Of a stretch of 64,000 bases of DNA, positions 51,177 through 60,342 are shown one piece after another (position 1 is the stretch's first letter; each line of letters starts with the position of its first letter). A program made the position numbers and the translations under genes. This stretch comes from Eubacteriales bacterium (lineage in GTDB: Bacteria; Bacillota; Clostridia; Oscillospirales; CAG-382). The stretch covers positions 18,826-82,825 of the forward strand of contig JAZSNS010000019.1 of assembly GCA_045536535.1 (NCBI GenBank). The letters are read 5' to 3'. Below the pieces are notes generated by a model. It had not been told where the DNA came from and made no database searches. It saw nothing but the letters and a program-made list of their open reading frames with translations.

Positions 51177-54100
51177 TTGCCTTTTTGTGTCGAGATGAAC
51201 AGACCGATCGAACCGAAAGCGATCAGCGACAAGATCACGGCGACGATTGCCGTTATCGCTCTGTCGTCTTTGATGTCGGGCGAACTGTATTCGGGGATCA
51301 AAGAAACGTTTATCTTGTAGATCATGGTTTCGCCGTCAGGCGTCACGACGGTGATCTCAATAACTTTCGGCACGCCGTAAAGTTTTGTATCCCCGATTAT
51401 GACTTCCGCTGTCGGGTTCTGAGCCGAGCAGAAAATGTTGATTTTTGAGGTCCTGCGCGGAACCGAAATGCTGTATTCCGTGATATCGGGAGAGAACGCG
51501 GGATTGAGTTTGAAGCCTTCGATTTCAAGCGATGAGAGCCGGCAGTTCGTGTCAAACACAGGCTCTTTTCTGCGTGAGACCTTGATGGTGTAGAAAGATG
51601 AACTTCCGTCTTCATCGTTGCGCCGAACAATGACAGTTGAAGCTCCCGAATCCGGAACGACAAGCCCCGAAACCGAAACGGTTTGGTTTTCTTCGTGAGA
51701 AACTTTGACATCTGCGAGCGCGCTGTCGTAAGGGATCGTGACTTCATATTCATACTTTTCGGGGTCGAATTTGAAGGAATCGGCGTTAAGGATATCGATC
51801 CCGAACTCTCCGTGAGTTTGTCGATTCACTTTGAACTTTTTGTTTTCAAATTTGACAACACGTGCGCCGTCGGGGAACGAAACGGTGATTCCGTCGGAGG
51901 AAACCGCGAGGGTTTCGGTTGCGTTTTCGGCAACCCTGAACCGAAGCGTTATCAGCGTTTTGAATGCCTTTCCGCAGGATTCGCCGTTTTCACCGTAAGC
52001 ATAGAAACAGATTTCGTTTTCGTTGTCGCGGAATCCGACTTCCCAACCCGTGCTCTCGCCTTCGATGAATTCAAGCCCTTTCGGATATCGAACCGCTCCG
52101 CTTGCGCCGAGGGCATATTTACAGCCGCCGAGGCAGATAACGACATCGATCGTATCTCCGCGTTCGATATAAGAAACCGTTTGTGCGGTTGTGTTGCCGA
52201 AAAGGTTTTTGCTCGGTGTTCCGAGCGGTGTTTGATCGCGGCGGAGGAGAACATTCCTCAGCGCGCGGTAATCGTTATCGGCGACAACGCCGTTTTTGTT
52301 CATGTCTGCCGAAGCATAAAATTCGGCGGGATAATCATATCCGCGAAGAATACGTTCGTGAACGTAAAGGTCATAAGCCGAGATGCAACCGTCGCCGTCG
52401 GTATCGCCGGTGACAACGGCGATCAGTTCGTCGGAGGGAAGACCGTCTTTATAAAGAATGATCTTATAACCGGTCGCGATAAACCCGTTTGCGTTCTTGC
52501 CGTTGGGAAGAACGATATCGACCGATTTGCCGCCTTTGAACATCTTTTCAACGGCCGAAACGTCAGTTCCTGCGGCGAACCCGAGAGCCAAGCCTCGGTC
52601 GCGATCGACGGTGATACCGCTGTCGTCGGGGAAGGTCAAAAGGTCGTCGCGAACCGTGATGACCGCTTTTGCGGTGAATCTGCCGTAATCGGTGTTGACG
52701 GTTGCGGTGACTGTGTATTTACCTACGGCGAGCGCTGTGACCTCGCCGTTTTCGTTGATTTTGATCCCTTTCGAGTCGCATTTGAAACTGACGGGCAGCG
52801 ACGATGCGCCTTCGGGCAGGTATCTGACTCTGAGAGATACCGTCTCGCCGACAGACATGATTCTGTCAGCGACAAGGAACTCGATTTTTGAGATTTTGGA
52901 TTCGACTTTGAATTTCAAAGAAACGCTGTTGCCGCAAGGGAGCGAGATCATGAAGATATGTTCGCCCGCAAGGGTCACCGAACTTCCCGAATCGAAAGGT
53001 TTGCCGTCAAGATAACCGATACCTCGACTGTATGATATCGGTGCGCTGCCGAGATAAACCCCGCCGTCTTCAACACCCGTGATTTCGGGAACAAGGGTGA
53101 TTTCGCTTCCGTCACCGTATGAACATATCGAGATAATGCCGTTTCCGATCGTGATCGCCGAGTTGTCGGGTGCGATCGTTGCGATTTCTGCGAAAACACC
53201 GACGTTACCGATATAACGGTTGAGATCAAGCCCGAAAACTCCGTTTTTGGTTATAACTGTGTTCCCGCGAAAAGCAAGAACTTCGGTGCCAAGCGTGATT
53301 TTTTCGCTGAGTTGGTCACCGAGGAAAACCTCTTTTCCGACAGCAACGCCGTTGCCGATATAAAGGCTTTCTCCGTTTGCCGTTATTCTGCGAACACGGC
53401 TGAGCGATTTGTTGTAAACCGAAAGAGCGTTTCCGTCAAGGACGTAAATATATTCATTGTCTGCGGCCGCCGAATCCGCGCTGATGCTCGTTGCCGAAAC
53501 CGCTCCGCCGCCGACGGGGCAATAGGCAAGTCTGCCGTTTGAAACGGCATAAAGACGACCGTCAAACGCGAACGCGGAGTCGCAATTCGATGCAAATTCG
53601 ATATAATCGCCGTTTTCCGCATCATCAACAGGCGCGAGATAAACGAAAGGCGAGTTTTCAAAAGCGACCGCAACTCGGTCTTCCGAAACCGAGATGCTTT
53701 TCGGCGCAAATTTCAAAGGAACGGGCAGGTTTTCTTCGAGAGAGCTGTTGTTGAAACTGTAAATCGAATTTTTGTTGCCGAAAATCAAAAACGTCGTTTC
53801 CGATGAAGCGGCGACCGAAATCGGTTCTGAATAAACGTCATAAAAAAGATGATCGCGGTAAGCGTTGATGGTTTCGGATTTTGAAACGGCTCGGTCGAGC
53901 CTTTCCGCCGCACCGTAGGCGGCGATGCCTTCGGCACCGTTTTTGATTATTGCGAACGTCTTTTCAAATCCGAAAAGATATACCGCATCGTTCCCGACAA
54001 CCATATCCGACACCGAGAAAGGAAAACTGCCGAGTTCTGTGCCCGATGAGATATCAATAAGCCCGCTTTCGGTGAAAAGAATGCCGTCCTCGATCATTAA

Positions 54101-56566
54101 TGCGGCATTGGAAGCGAATTCAAGAATCATTTCTCCGGTTGCGAGGTCAAAAAGCCGATTTCCGACAGCAAAATGATCATCATCGAAATAGAGATTCATT
54201 CCGATGAGCGGGGTGCTGACGTTCAGCGAGATTTGGTCGGATGTGTTAACGTTGTAAAAACGGGCAACGCCGTCATCCTCTTTCGAAACAAGACAGAAAA
54301 CACCGTTTGAATAAAGCGCCGATTCGCAATCGAACCCGAGTTCGGACAGCAATTCGGTTTCGCCGCTTTCGATATCGAGCGCATAAATGCTCTCGTTTCC
54401 GAAGCAGTAGGCGGTTCCGTCTTCAAAAGCGTAATACAGCATTCCTTCGACAGAAACCGTCGATACGATCGCAGGTTCGCCGTCAAGCACGGTTGATCGG
54501 TCGAGAACCGTAATGCCCGCATCACCGACAAGGATCAGGTTTTCGCCGACGAATTCGTGAGAATAAATCCGACCGAGAGGAAGAAAATGAATGTATTTTT
54601 CGGGGGAGCCGATATCATAAATTCTTGCGCCGACGAGAGAATCACCATAAAGGCACATATAGCCGTTTTCTTCATCGACCGCCGCCGATGCGTCGGCAAG
54701 GTCCGAGCCGATTATCTCGGCAAAGGGAAAGTTGATTTCAAAAGAGTAGGTCTCGGTTTTTGCACCGTTTCCGCTCCTGACGGTGAGGAGATGCTTTCCG
54801 TTTTTCGCAACTGCGGTTTCGCCGTAAATTTCTTTTCCGTCGAGCGTTGCGCTTCCGTCGCCGACGATTCTGATATCGACCGGCGCGTTATAAACTCCGC
54901 CGTTTTCGATCCCGTAAACCGTCGGGAGAGTATATTGCAGATAGATTTCCTTTTCGAGAGCCTCGTCGCCGTCGGCAAGGGTGAAATAATGCCTGCCCGA
55001 AGAGGTGATTCTGTCACCCGAGTTGTAGGGAAATCCGTCGAGAGTGGCTGTTCCGCGTGAAAATTCAAAATATGAAAACCCGGCAAATTCTTTGAATTTG
55101 TAATCAAGAGGGTCATAGTTCAGCCTGAATACAATGGTGCGCGAAAAATCACCGTCGGTCACTTCAAGCAGGTGTGTTCCGTTTGAAAAGACCGTTTCGC
55201 CGTCTTCAATAGGCTCGCCGTCGAGGATCGCAGTTCCTCTGTTGAAGCCGATGCGAACGCTGTTGTTATATCTTCCGTTGTTTACAACGCCCGTGATTAT
55301 CGGTTCGAGCGATTTGTTGACGATCTGCTCGGCGTTGATGATTCCATATCCGAATTCATCGTCGCGTTTGCTTCCGAGACAGTTGATTATCAGCGCGAGG
55401 AATTCGTCGTTCCCGAATCTTGCCGAACCGTCGATTTGCGAAGCCGCAAGCGCGGCGATCCCGCTCACGAACGCGCAGGAATAACTTGTGCCCGAATCGT
55501 AGCGGTAGACGGATCTTCCGTCTTCGACGAAGGGCATCGGAATGTTTTCGCCGTATGCGGCAACGTCAACGGCATCGTTGAATTGCGAGAAAGCACTTCT
55601 TTCTCCGTTTTCGTCGCAGGATGCAACAGATATAACCCCTTCGTAAGACGCAGGATAACTTTTTTGGTCGGCATAAGGACGGTTTCCTCCGTTGCCCGCC
55701 GCCGAGATGAGAATACAACCTTTTGAGATGGCATAATCGATCGCGTCTTGCTCGGCATAAGAGGACGAATAACCGCCGACAGACATGTTGATGATCTTTG
55801 CGCCTGCATCTGCCGCGAAACGAATGCCGGAAATCAGGTCGGAGGAATAGATCGTGGTGCCGCTCGAAGAAACTTTGACCGGCAAAACGGTGACGCCGTG
55901 AGCAATCCCCGCAATACCGACGTTGTTGTCGGCGGTCGCGGCGATAAGACCGATAACCCCCGTTCCGTGTCCCGCTTCGTCTCCTTTCACGCCTGCCGTG
56001 CGAAGAACCGCATCATATCCTGCGAGTATCTTTGCGTCTTTAAGGTCTTCATGAGAGCGGTCCACGCCGGTATCGAGAACAGCAACAATAACTTCCGACG
56101 ATGCTTTAACGGTGTTCCAAACTTTATAAACGCCGAGCGGTTCATAGGCGGGAACAGTTGCGGGGTCGTTGGTCGTTGCGAGCGTTCCGCGAATCAGGTC
56201 GGGTTCGTAATAATCAATGATTTCTTCGTTTGTTTTGAGAAAGCTCTCGCTTTCGGGAACAACCGCAAAAAGCCGTTGTTCGCTTTCGGCGAGAATGCGG
56301 TAAGGCGTGCTCCCAAGCGCGCGTTCGATTTCGGAAAGCGAAGCGCTTTGTTTGAATTTGACGATAAACCGCTCTCCGTCCGGGAGTTTTTCCTGCCCCT
56401 TTTGGTTCGGCGTTTCTTCGCCCAGCGCGTAATAAAGCGAGTTTTCCCGATTTTCATCAGAAACATCAAAAGGCGATTTGGGCGCAAAAAGAACACTGCC
56501 TGCCGCAATCACGACGGGCAGAATCAGCAGTGTTATTAAAATTGCCGAAACCGTTCTTTTTGTCAT
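51173..56566 (-). CDS. Giant (1797 aa) multidomain subtilisin-like S8 serine protease. Its segments, in order, are a propeptide, repeat modules, a propeller-like region, Big_2, a dockerin, a cohesin-like module, a cadherin-like module and a C-terminal TM.
   Basis: Catalytic triad contexts VAVLDTGVD, HGTGVIGLIAA and SGTSYSCAFVSGIAAL. Big_2-like VGETVSLRVRYLPEGA...VTALAVGKYTVTATV. Dockerin GDTDGDGCISAYDLYVHERIL...ADMNKNGVVADNDYRALRNVLL. Cohesin-like GDTIDVVICLGG...AVRYPKGLEFIE...LITLRFRV. C-terminal TM AIVAVILSLIAFGSIGLFI. Confidence 0.85.
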   Translation of the reverse strand: MTKRTVSAILITLLILPVVIAAGSVLFAPKSPFDVSDENRENSLYYALGEETPNQKGQEKLPDGERFIVKFKQSASLSEIERALGSTPYRILAESEQRLFAVVPESESFLKTNEEIIDYYEPDLIRGTLATTNDPATVPAYEPLGVYKVWNTVKASSEVIVAVLDTGVDRSHEDLKDAKILAGYDAVLRTAGVKGDEAGHGTGVIGLIAATADNNVGIAGIAHGVTVLPVKVSSSGTTIYSSDLISGIRFAADAGAKIINMSVGGYSSSYAEQDAIDYAISKGCILISAAGNGGNRPYADQKSYPASYEGVISVASCDENGERSAFSQFNDAVDVAAYGENIPMPFVEDGRSVYRYDSGTSYSCAFVSGIAALAASQIDGSARFGNDEFLALIINCLGSKRDDEFGYGIINAEQIVNKSLEPIITGVVNNGRYNNSVRIGFNRGTAILDGEPIEDGETVFSNGTHLLEVTDGDFSRTIVFRLNYDPLDYKFKEFAGFSYFEFSRGTATLDGFPYNSGDRITSSGRHYFTLADGDEALEKEIYLQYTLPTVYGIENGGVYNAPVDIRIVGDGSATLDGKEIYGETAVAKNGKHLLTVRSGNGAKTETYSFEINFPFAEIIGSDLADASAAVDEENGYMCLYGDSLVGARIYDIGSPEKYIHFLPLGRIYSHEFVGENLILVGDAGITVLDRSTVLDGEPAIVSTVSVEGMLYYAFEDGTAYCFGNESIYALDIESGETELLSELGFDCESALYSNGVFCLVSKEDDGVARFYNVNTSDQISLNVSTPLIGMNLYFDDDHFAVGNRLFDLATGEMILEFASNAALMIEDGILFTESGLIDISSGTELGSFPFSVSDMVVGNDAVYLFGFEKTFAIIKNGAEGIAAYGAAERLDRAVSKSETINAYRDHLFYDVYSEPISVAASSETTFLIFGNKNSIYSFNNSSLEENLPVPLKFAPKSISVSEDRVAVAFENSPFVYLAPVDDAENGDYIEFASNCDSAFAFDGRLYAVSNGRLAYCPVGGGAVSATSISADSAAADNEYIYVLDGNALSVYNKSLSRVRRITANGESLYIGNGVAVGKEVFLGDQLSEKITLGTEVLAFRGNTVITKNGVFGLDLNRYIGNVGVFAEIATIAPDNSAITIGNGIISICSYGDGSEITLVPEITGVEDGGVYLGSAPISYSRGIGYLDGKPFDSGSSVTLAGEHIFMISLPCGNSVSLKFKVESKISKIEFLVADRIMSVGETVSLRVRYLPEGASSLPVSFKCDSKGIKINENGEVTALAVGKYTVTATVNTDYGRFTAKAVITVRDDLLTFPDDSGITVDRDRGLALGFAAGTDVSAVEKMFKGGKSVDIVLPNGKNANGFIATGYKIILYKDGLPSDELIAVVTGDTDGDGCISAYDLYVHERILRGYDYPAEFYASADMNKNGVVADNDYRALRNVLLRRDQTPLGTPSKNLFGNTTAQTVSYIERGDTIDVVICLGGCKYALGASGAVRYPKGLEFIEGESTGWEVGFRDNENEICFYAYGENGESCGKAFKTLITLRFRVAENATETLAVSSDGITVSFPDGARVVKFENKKFKVNRQTHGEFGIDILNADSFKFDPEKYEYEVTIPYDSALADVKVSHEENQTVSVSGLVVPDSGASTVIVRRNDEDGSSSFYTIKVSRRKEPVFDTNCRLSSLEIEGFKLNPAFSPDITEYSISVPRRTSKINIFCSAQNPTAEVIIGDTKLYGVPKVIEITVVTPDGETMIYKINVSLIPEYSSPDIKDDRAITAIVAVILSLIAFGSIGLFISTQKGK

Positions 56567-56570
56567 TCTT

Positions 56571-57320
56571 TTATCTTTCGTTTCTTTCGCCGAAACGGGC
56601 GTAAATATTTTTCAATTCCTCGGTTTCCGAAGAATGTGTCCGGTCTTTATAGATGATAAGGTCGTTTTCATAGATCAAGCCTTCGCGTGCGTCCTTTTTT
56701 CCTTCGACAAGCACAAGAGAGGGTTTTTTGCCCTCCGAGGGGACGACGGCGCGCAGCCTTTTCGGCTCGATACCGTTGTCGCGCATGGCGCAGAGAAGTG
56801 TGACGAGCCTGTCGGGACGGTAAACGGCAAAAAACTGACCGCCGCTTTTCAAACACCAAGATGCCGCTTTGCAAAACAACTCGGCGCCGCCGCTTACCTC
56901 GCGCCTTGCGATCGCAAGCGAGAGCGAATCGTTGCTTTTTCCGCAATCGTCGCGCATGTAAGGTGGATTTGTTATGCAGTAATCGGCTTTGCCGCATTCA
57001 AAAAGAGTTCTGTGGTCAGCCGCGTCGCCGCAGATAACTTTGAATCTTTCCGAAAAACCGTTTTCTTTGGAATTTTCGGCGGCAATGCCCGCATGCTCCG
57101 GTTGGAGTTCAAGCCCGACGAAATCGGCTTTGCTTCCCGCAGAGAGAAGCAAAAGCGGAATAACGCCCGAGCCCGTGCCGAGATCGATGCAGGTTCCGCG
57201 CCGAATCGAATCGGCGGCGAAATCGGAAAGCAAAAGCGCATCTGTTCCGAAACGAATCCCGCCGCCGGGCTCTTTTAAACTTATGCCGGCGTTTATTTTT
57301 GTGTCGGTTATATCTATCAT
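56571..57320 (-). CDS. SAM-dependent N6-adenine methyltransferase, tRNA1(Val) m6A37 (TrmN6/YfiC)-like
   Basis: SAM motif DLGTGSGVIPLLL and catalytic NPPY (CITNPPYM). Confidence 0.72.
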   Translation of the reverse strand: MIDITDTKINAGISLKEPGGGIRFGTDALLLSDFAADSIRRGTCIDLGTGSGVIPLLLLSAGSKADFVGLELQPEHAGIAAENSKENGFSERFKVICGDAADHRTLFECGKADYCITNPPYMRDDCGKSNDSLSLAIARREVSGGAELFCKAASWCLKSGGQFFAVYRPDRLVTLLCAMRDNGIEPKRLRAVVPSEGKKPSLVLVEGKKDAREGLIYENDLIIYKDRTHSSETEELKNIYARFGERNER

Positions 57321-57474
57321 AATGGTTTTTCCGTTAAAAAACTGTAATTCTTTGTCGAATGCATTGAAACATCATCCGCCCCCAGAAAAACCCGGTTTTT
57401 CGGGGAGGGTGAAGCGACAAAAACAATAATGCGCCCACAGGAACCTGTGAACGCATTAAGGTTTAAGCCCTAAA

Positions 57475-57648
57475 TTACGCCTGAGGAGCGTCTACGGGGC
57501 AAACGCCTGCACAGGCGCCGCAATCAATGCAGAGTTCTGCATCGATGATGTACTTGCCGTCGTCGGCGACGGTGATAGCGCTAACGGGGCATTCAGCCTC
57601 GCAGGTGCCGCAACCGATGCAAGTTTCGTTGTTGATAGAATATGCCAT
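57475..57648 (-). CDS. 2x[4Fe-4S] ferredoxin
   Basis: GGAGG lies 8 nt before the ATG at 57648 (MAYSINNETC). CIGCGTCEAECP and CIDCGACAGVCP. Confidence 0.88.
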   Translation of the reverse strand: MAYSINNETCIGCGTCEAECPVSAITVADDGKYIIDAELCIDCGACAGVCPVDAPQA

Positions 57649-57756
57649 GGGAAACACCTCCGATTAATATTACATATGATAATATCATAACTTTTTATGA
57701 AATTCAATAGGTTATTCGACACTTTTAGATAAAAGTTATTTCCAAATTTGAAATTT

Positions 57757-59043
57757 TCATCCAAAGGTTTTTTCAAGCGCCGATTTTATGTCGTTCATGA
57801 TGTCATCGATATCCTCGATCCCGACCGAAATGCGGATGAGACCTGCATCAATACCTGCCGCAACGAGCATTTCGTCGCTCAACTGACGGTGAGTCGAACT
57901 TGCGGGGTGAAGAACGCAGGAATGAACCGTTGCAACGTGGACCGCGTTGACGAACATCGAAAGCGAATTCATGAACTTTTCTGCTTTTTCTCTGCCGCCC
58001 TTGATGCAGAACGAGACAACGCCGCTCGTGCCTTTGGGGAGATATTTTTTCGCGAGAGCGTTGTATCTGTCGCTTTCAAGCGCAGGATAATTGACATATT
58101 CGGCATAGCCGCTGTCTTCAAGGAACTTCGCGACTTTGTAAGCGTTTTCGCAATGACGCGCAAGGCGAACGTCGAGCGTTTGGATGCCGAGGTCGAGAAG
58201 AAACGCGGCTTGTGCGGTCGGATAAACGCCGAGGTCGCGGACAAGCTGAACACGCATTTTCGTGATATAAGCGAGTTTTCCGAACGATTCGGTATAAATC
58301 AAACCGTGATAGGAATCGTCGGGAGTGCAGAGCCCTTGGAACTTGTCATTTTGAGTCCAGTCAAAGTTGCCGCTGTCGATAACACAGCCGCCGAGTTGGA
58401 CAGCGTGACCATCCATATATTTCGAGGTGGAAAGAACAACGATGTCCGCGCCGAAATCGATAGGCCTGCAAAGCACACCCGTCGCAAAGGTGTTGTCAAC
58501 GATAAGAGGGATGCCCGCCTCGTGCGCAACGCTCGCGATACGTTCGATATCAAAAACCGAAAGCGCGGGGTTTGCAATGGTCTCTCCGAAGATGAGTTTT
58601 GTATTCGGTTGGATGAGATTTTTGAGTTCTTCGCTCGGAATGTCCTGATCGAAGAAGGTGCAATCGATGCCGAACCGTTTGAGAGTCACGGCGAAAAGGT
58701 TTGTTGTGCCGCCGTAGATCTTTGAAGACACGAGAATATGGTCGCCCGCAGATGCGATATTCGTGACAGCGAGGAAGGACGCTGCTTGACCCGAGTTGGT
58801 GCAGAGCGCGGCAACGCCGCCTTCAAGCGCGGCGATCTTTTCTTCAACGCAGGCAACCGTCGGGTTGGAAATGCGCGAGTACATATGACCGTCTGCCGTG
58901 AGGTCGAAAAGTTTTCCGATCTCTGTGGGCGAGCTGTAAGAATAGGTCGTGCTTTGATAGATCGGAAGGGCGAGCGGTTCGCCGTTTTCGGGGTGGTATC
59001 CCGAATGAATACATTGAGTTGCGGGAGAAAGTTCTTTTTTCAT
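57757..59043 (-). CDS. metY: O-acetylhomoserine aminocarboxypropyltransferase / sulfhydrylase
   Basis: IHSGY...PIYQSTTY...YSRISNPT...STSKYMDGH (PLP Lys); about 428 aa. Confidence 0.9.
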   Translation of the reverse strand: MKKELSPATQCIHSGYHPENGEPLALPIYQSTTYSYSSPTEIGKLFDLTADGHMYSRISNPTVACVEEKIAALEGGVAALCTNSGQAASFLAVTNIASAGDHILVSSKIYGGTTNLFAVTLKRFGIDCTFFDQDIPSEELKNLIQPNTKLIFGETIANPALSVFDIERIASVAHEAGIPLIVDNTFATGVLCRPIDFGADIVVLSTSKYMDGHAVQLGGCVIDSGNFDWTQNDKFQGLCTPDDSYHGLIYTESFGKLAYITKMRVQLVRDLGVYPTAQAAFLLDLGIQTLDVRLARHCENAYKVAKFLEDSGYAEYVNYPALESDRYNALAKKYLPKGTSGVVSFCIKGGREKAEKFMNSLSMFVNAVHVATVHSCVLHPASSTHRQLSDEMLVAAGIDAGLIRISVGIEDIDDIMNDIKSALEKTFG

Positions 59044-59075
59044 TTTTTATTACCTGCGATTTTTAAAACTTGATC

Positions 59076-60098
59076 TCAGCGATTGTAGCGGCCGTCGTAA
59101 TCACGAAGAGCAGCAACGCCCGACTGCCAGGTCGAGGGGTAGGTATAACGATAATATTTGTGAGAGAAAATCGTTGCAACGTGCTTTTCTGCAACGGCTT
59201 TTGTCAGGTTTGTATCGCTGATCGAAATGATCTCCGAAAACTTCGCGGCGCTTTGCGTTGCGAATTGTTGCGCAAAGAACTGCGCCATCAATTCTTTTGA
59301 AATCTCGGCATAAAGTTTGTTTTTGTTGCTTCCGACAGCATCTTTTTCGGATTCGAGAAGCCATTGAAGCTTTGTCTTGCCGTGAATCTCCGAGGTAAGA
59401 GAAACTCTTCCGCCTTCGTTTTCGATAACGAACGTGCTTTCGGCAGGCGGTTGTGATTGATCGGGAGTCGATGTGTTCTGATTGTTTTCGGGGGTGCCTT
59501 CGGGTTCGGTGGGAAGGTTTTCGTTTTCCGCTCCGGGCAACGTTATCATGACGGGGGAATTGAGAGATATAGAGGCATCGGTGATGCGCGAAGCGATGGC
59601 TCCCATGTCGCTTTTTGTGAAACGAAGGCAATAATCGGTTTGGATACCGGTAAGCGCGGTAACGCTGTCACAGATCGCCTCGTGGGACATGGTTCCGAAA
59701 GCAACGTCGATAGGAACGGGGTTGCCGATCTCGTTGGTTATCTTCGTCGATGTGGGAATCGAGCAATGGATATATCTGTTGGTTTTTGCGTTTGCGTCAA
59801 TGAAAGCGCAGTTGACAACGCGATCGCTGTCGTCAACGCAAAAAACGACGGCGGTAAAGATATCGCCTTTTTCGTTGTAATAGTTGTCGTTCAGATCGGG
59901 CGCTTGATTGTTATCGACCGAAACGTCACTGCCCGAAGTTTCGCTTGTTTCGGGGGTTGAAACGTCTTCGGGAGTGTCTTTTTTGCCGATCCCCAAAACG
60001 AGGTCGGTGAGCCACCCGCGAGCCTGAAAACCGAGGAAAGCGAAAATCACAAGACAAATTGAAAAGGTAATGAAGAAATTTTTAAATGCGGAGGACAA
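59076..60098 (-). CDS. Membrane-anchored extracytoplasmic protein, possibly a degenerate LytR-CpsA-Psr-like fold
   Basis: ORF 59076-60170. AAAGGAG lies 8 nt before the TTG at 60098 (start uncertain). N-terminal TM FFITFSICLVIFAFLGF. Loose resemblance to LCP blocks (DSDRVVNCAFID...HCSIPTST...LTGIQTDYCLRF). Confidence 0.45.
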   Translation of the reverse strand: MSSAFKNFFITFSICLVIFAFLGFQARGWLTDLVLGIGKKDTPEDVSTPETSETSGSDVSVDNNQAPDLNDNYYNEKGDIFTAVVFCVDDSDRVVNCAFIDANAKTNRYIHCSIPTSTKITNEIGNPVPIDVAFGTMSHEAICDSVTALTGIQTDYCLRFTKSDMGAIASRITDASISLNSPVMITLPGAENENLPTEPEGTPENNQNTSTPDQSQPPAESTFVIENEGGRVSLTSEIHGKTKLQWLLESEKDAVGSNKNKLYAEISKELMAQFFAQQFATQSAAKFSEIISISDTNLTKAVAEKHVATIFSHKYYRYTYPSTWQSGVAALRDYDGRYNR

Positions 60099-60342
60099 AT
60101 CCTCAACTCCTTTTTGATTGAAATCACAATTTTTCACGTTGATTATACACCAACAAAAAACATTTGTCAATTCATTGTTTCTTATATATGTTTATGAACC
60201 GACCCCGAACGAAAACACAAAAAACAAAAACCGTTTTGATGCATGCCTTGACAATTCGTGAATAATGTTTATAATATAATACTGAAAGAAAATAGGAAGA
60301 TTCTGTAAAGGATTCTTACCGTAATAAAGAAAGGAAAATATC

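Noticed and set aside
57321-57474. Hairpins in the spacer after the ferredoxin gene (CCCCAGAAAAACC/GGTTTTTCGGGG and GCGTTCACAGG/CCTGTGGGCGC) considered as an sRNA or riboswitch.
   Set aside because: They are most simply read as the ferredoxin terminator region. The spacer has no conserved-looking core and no independent promoter that I can identify.
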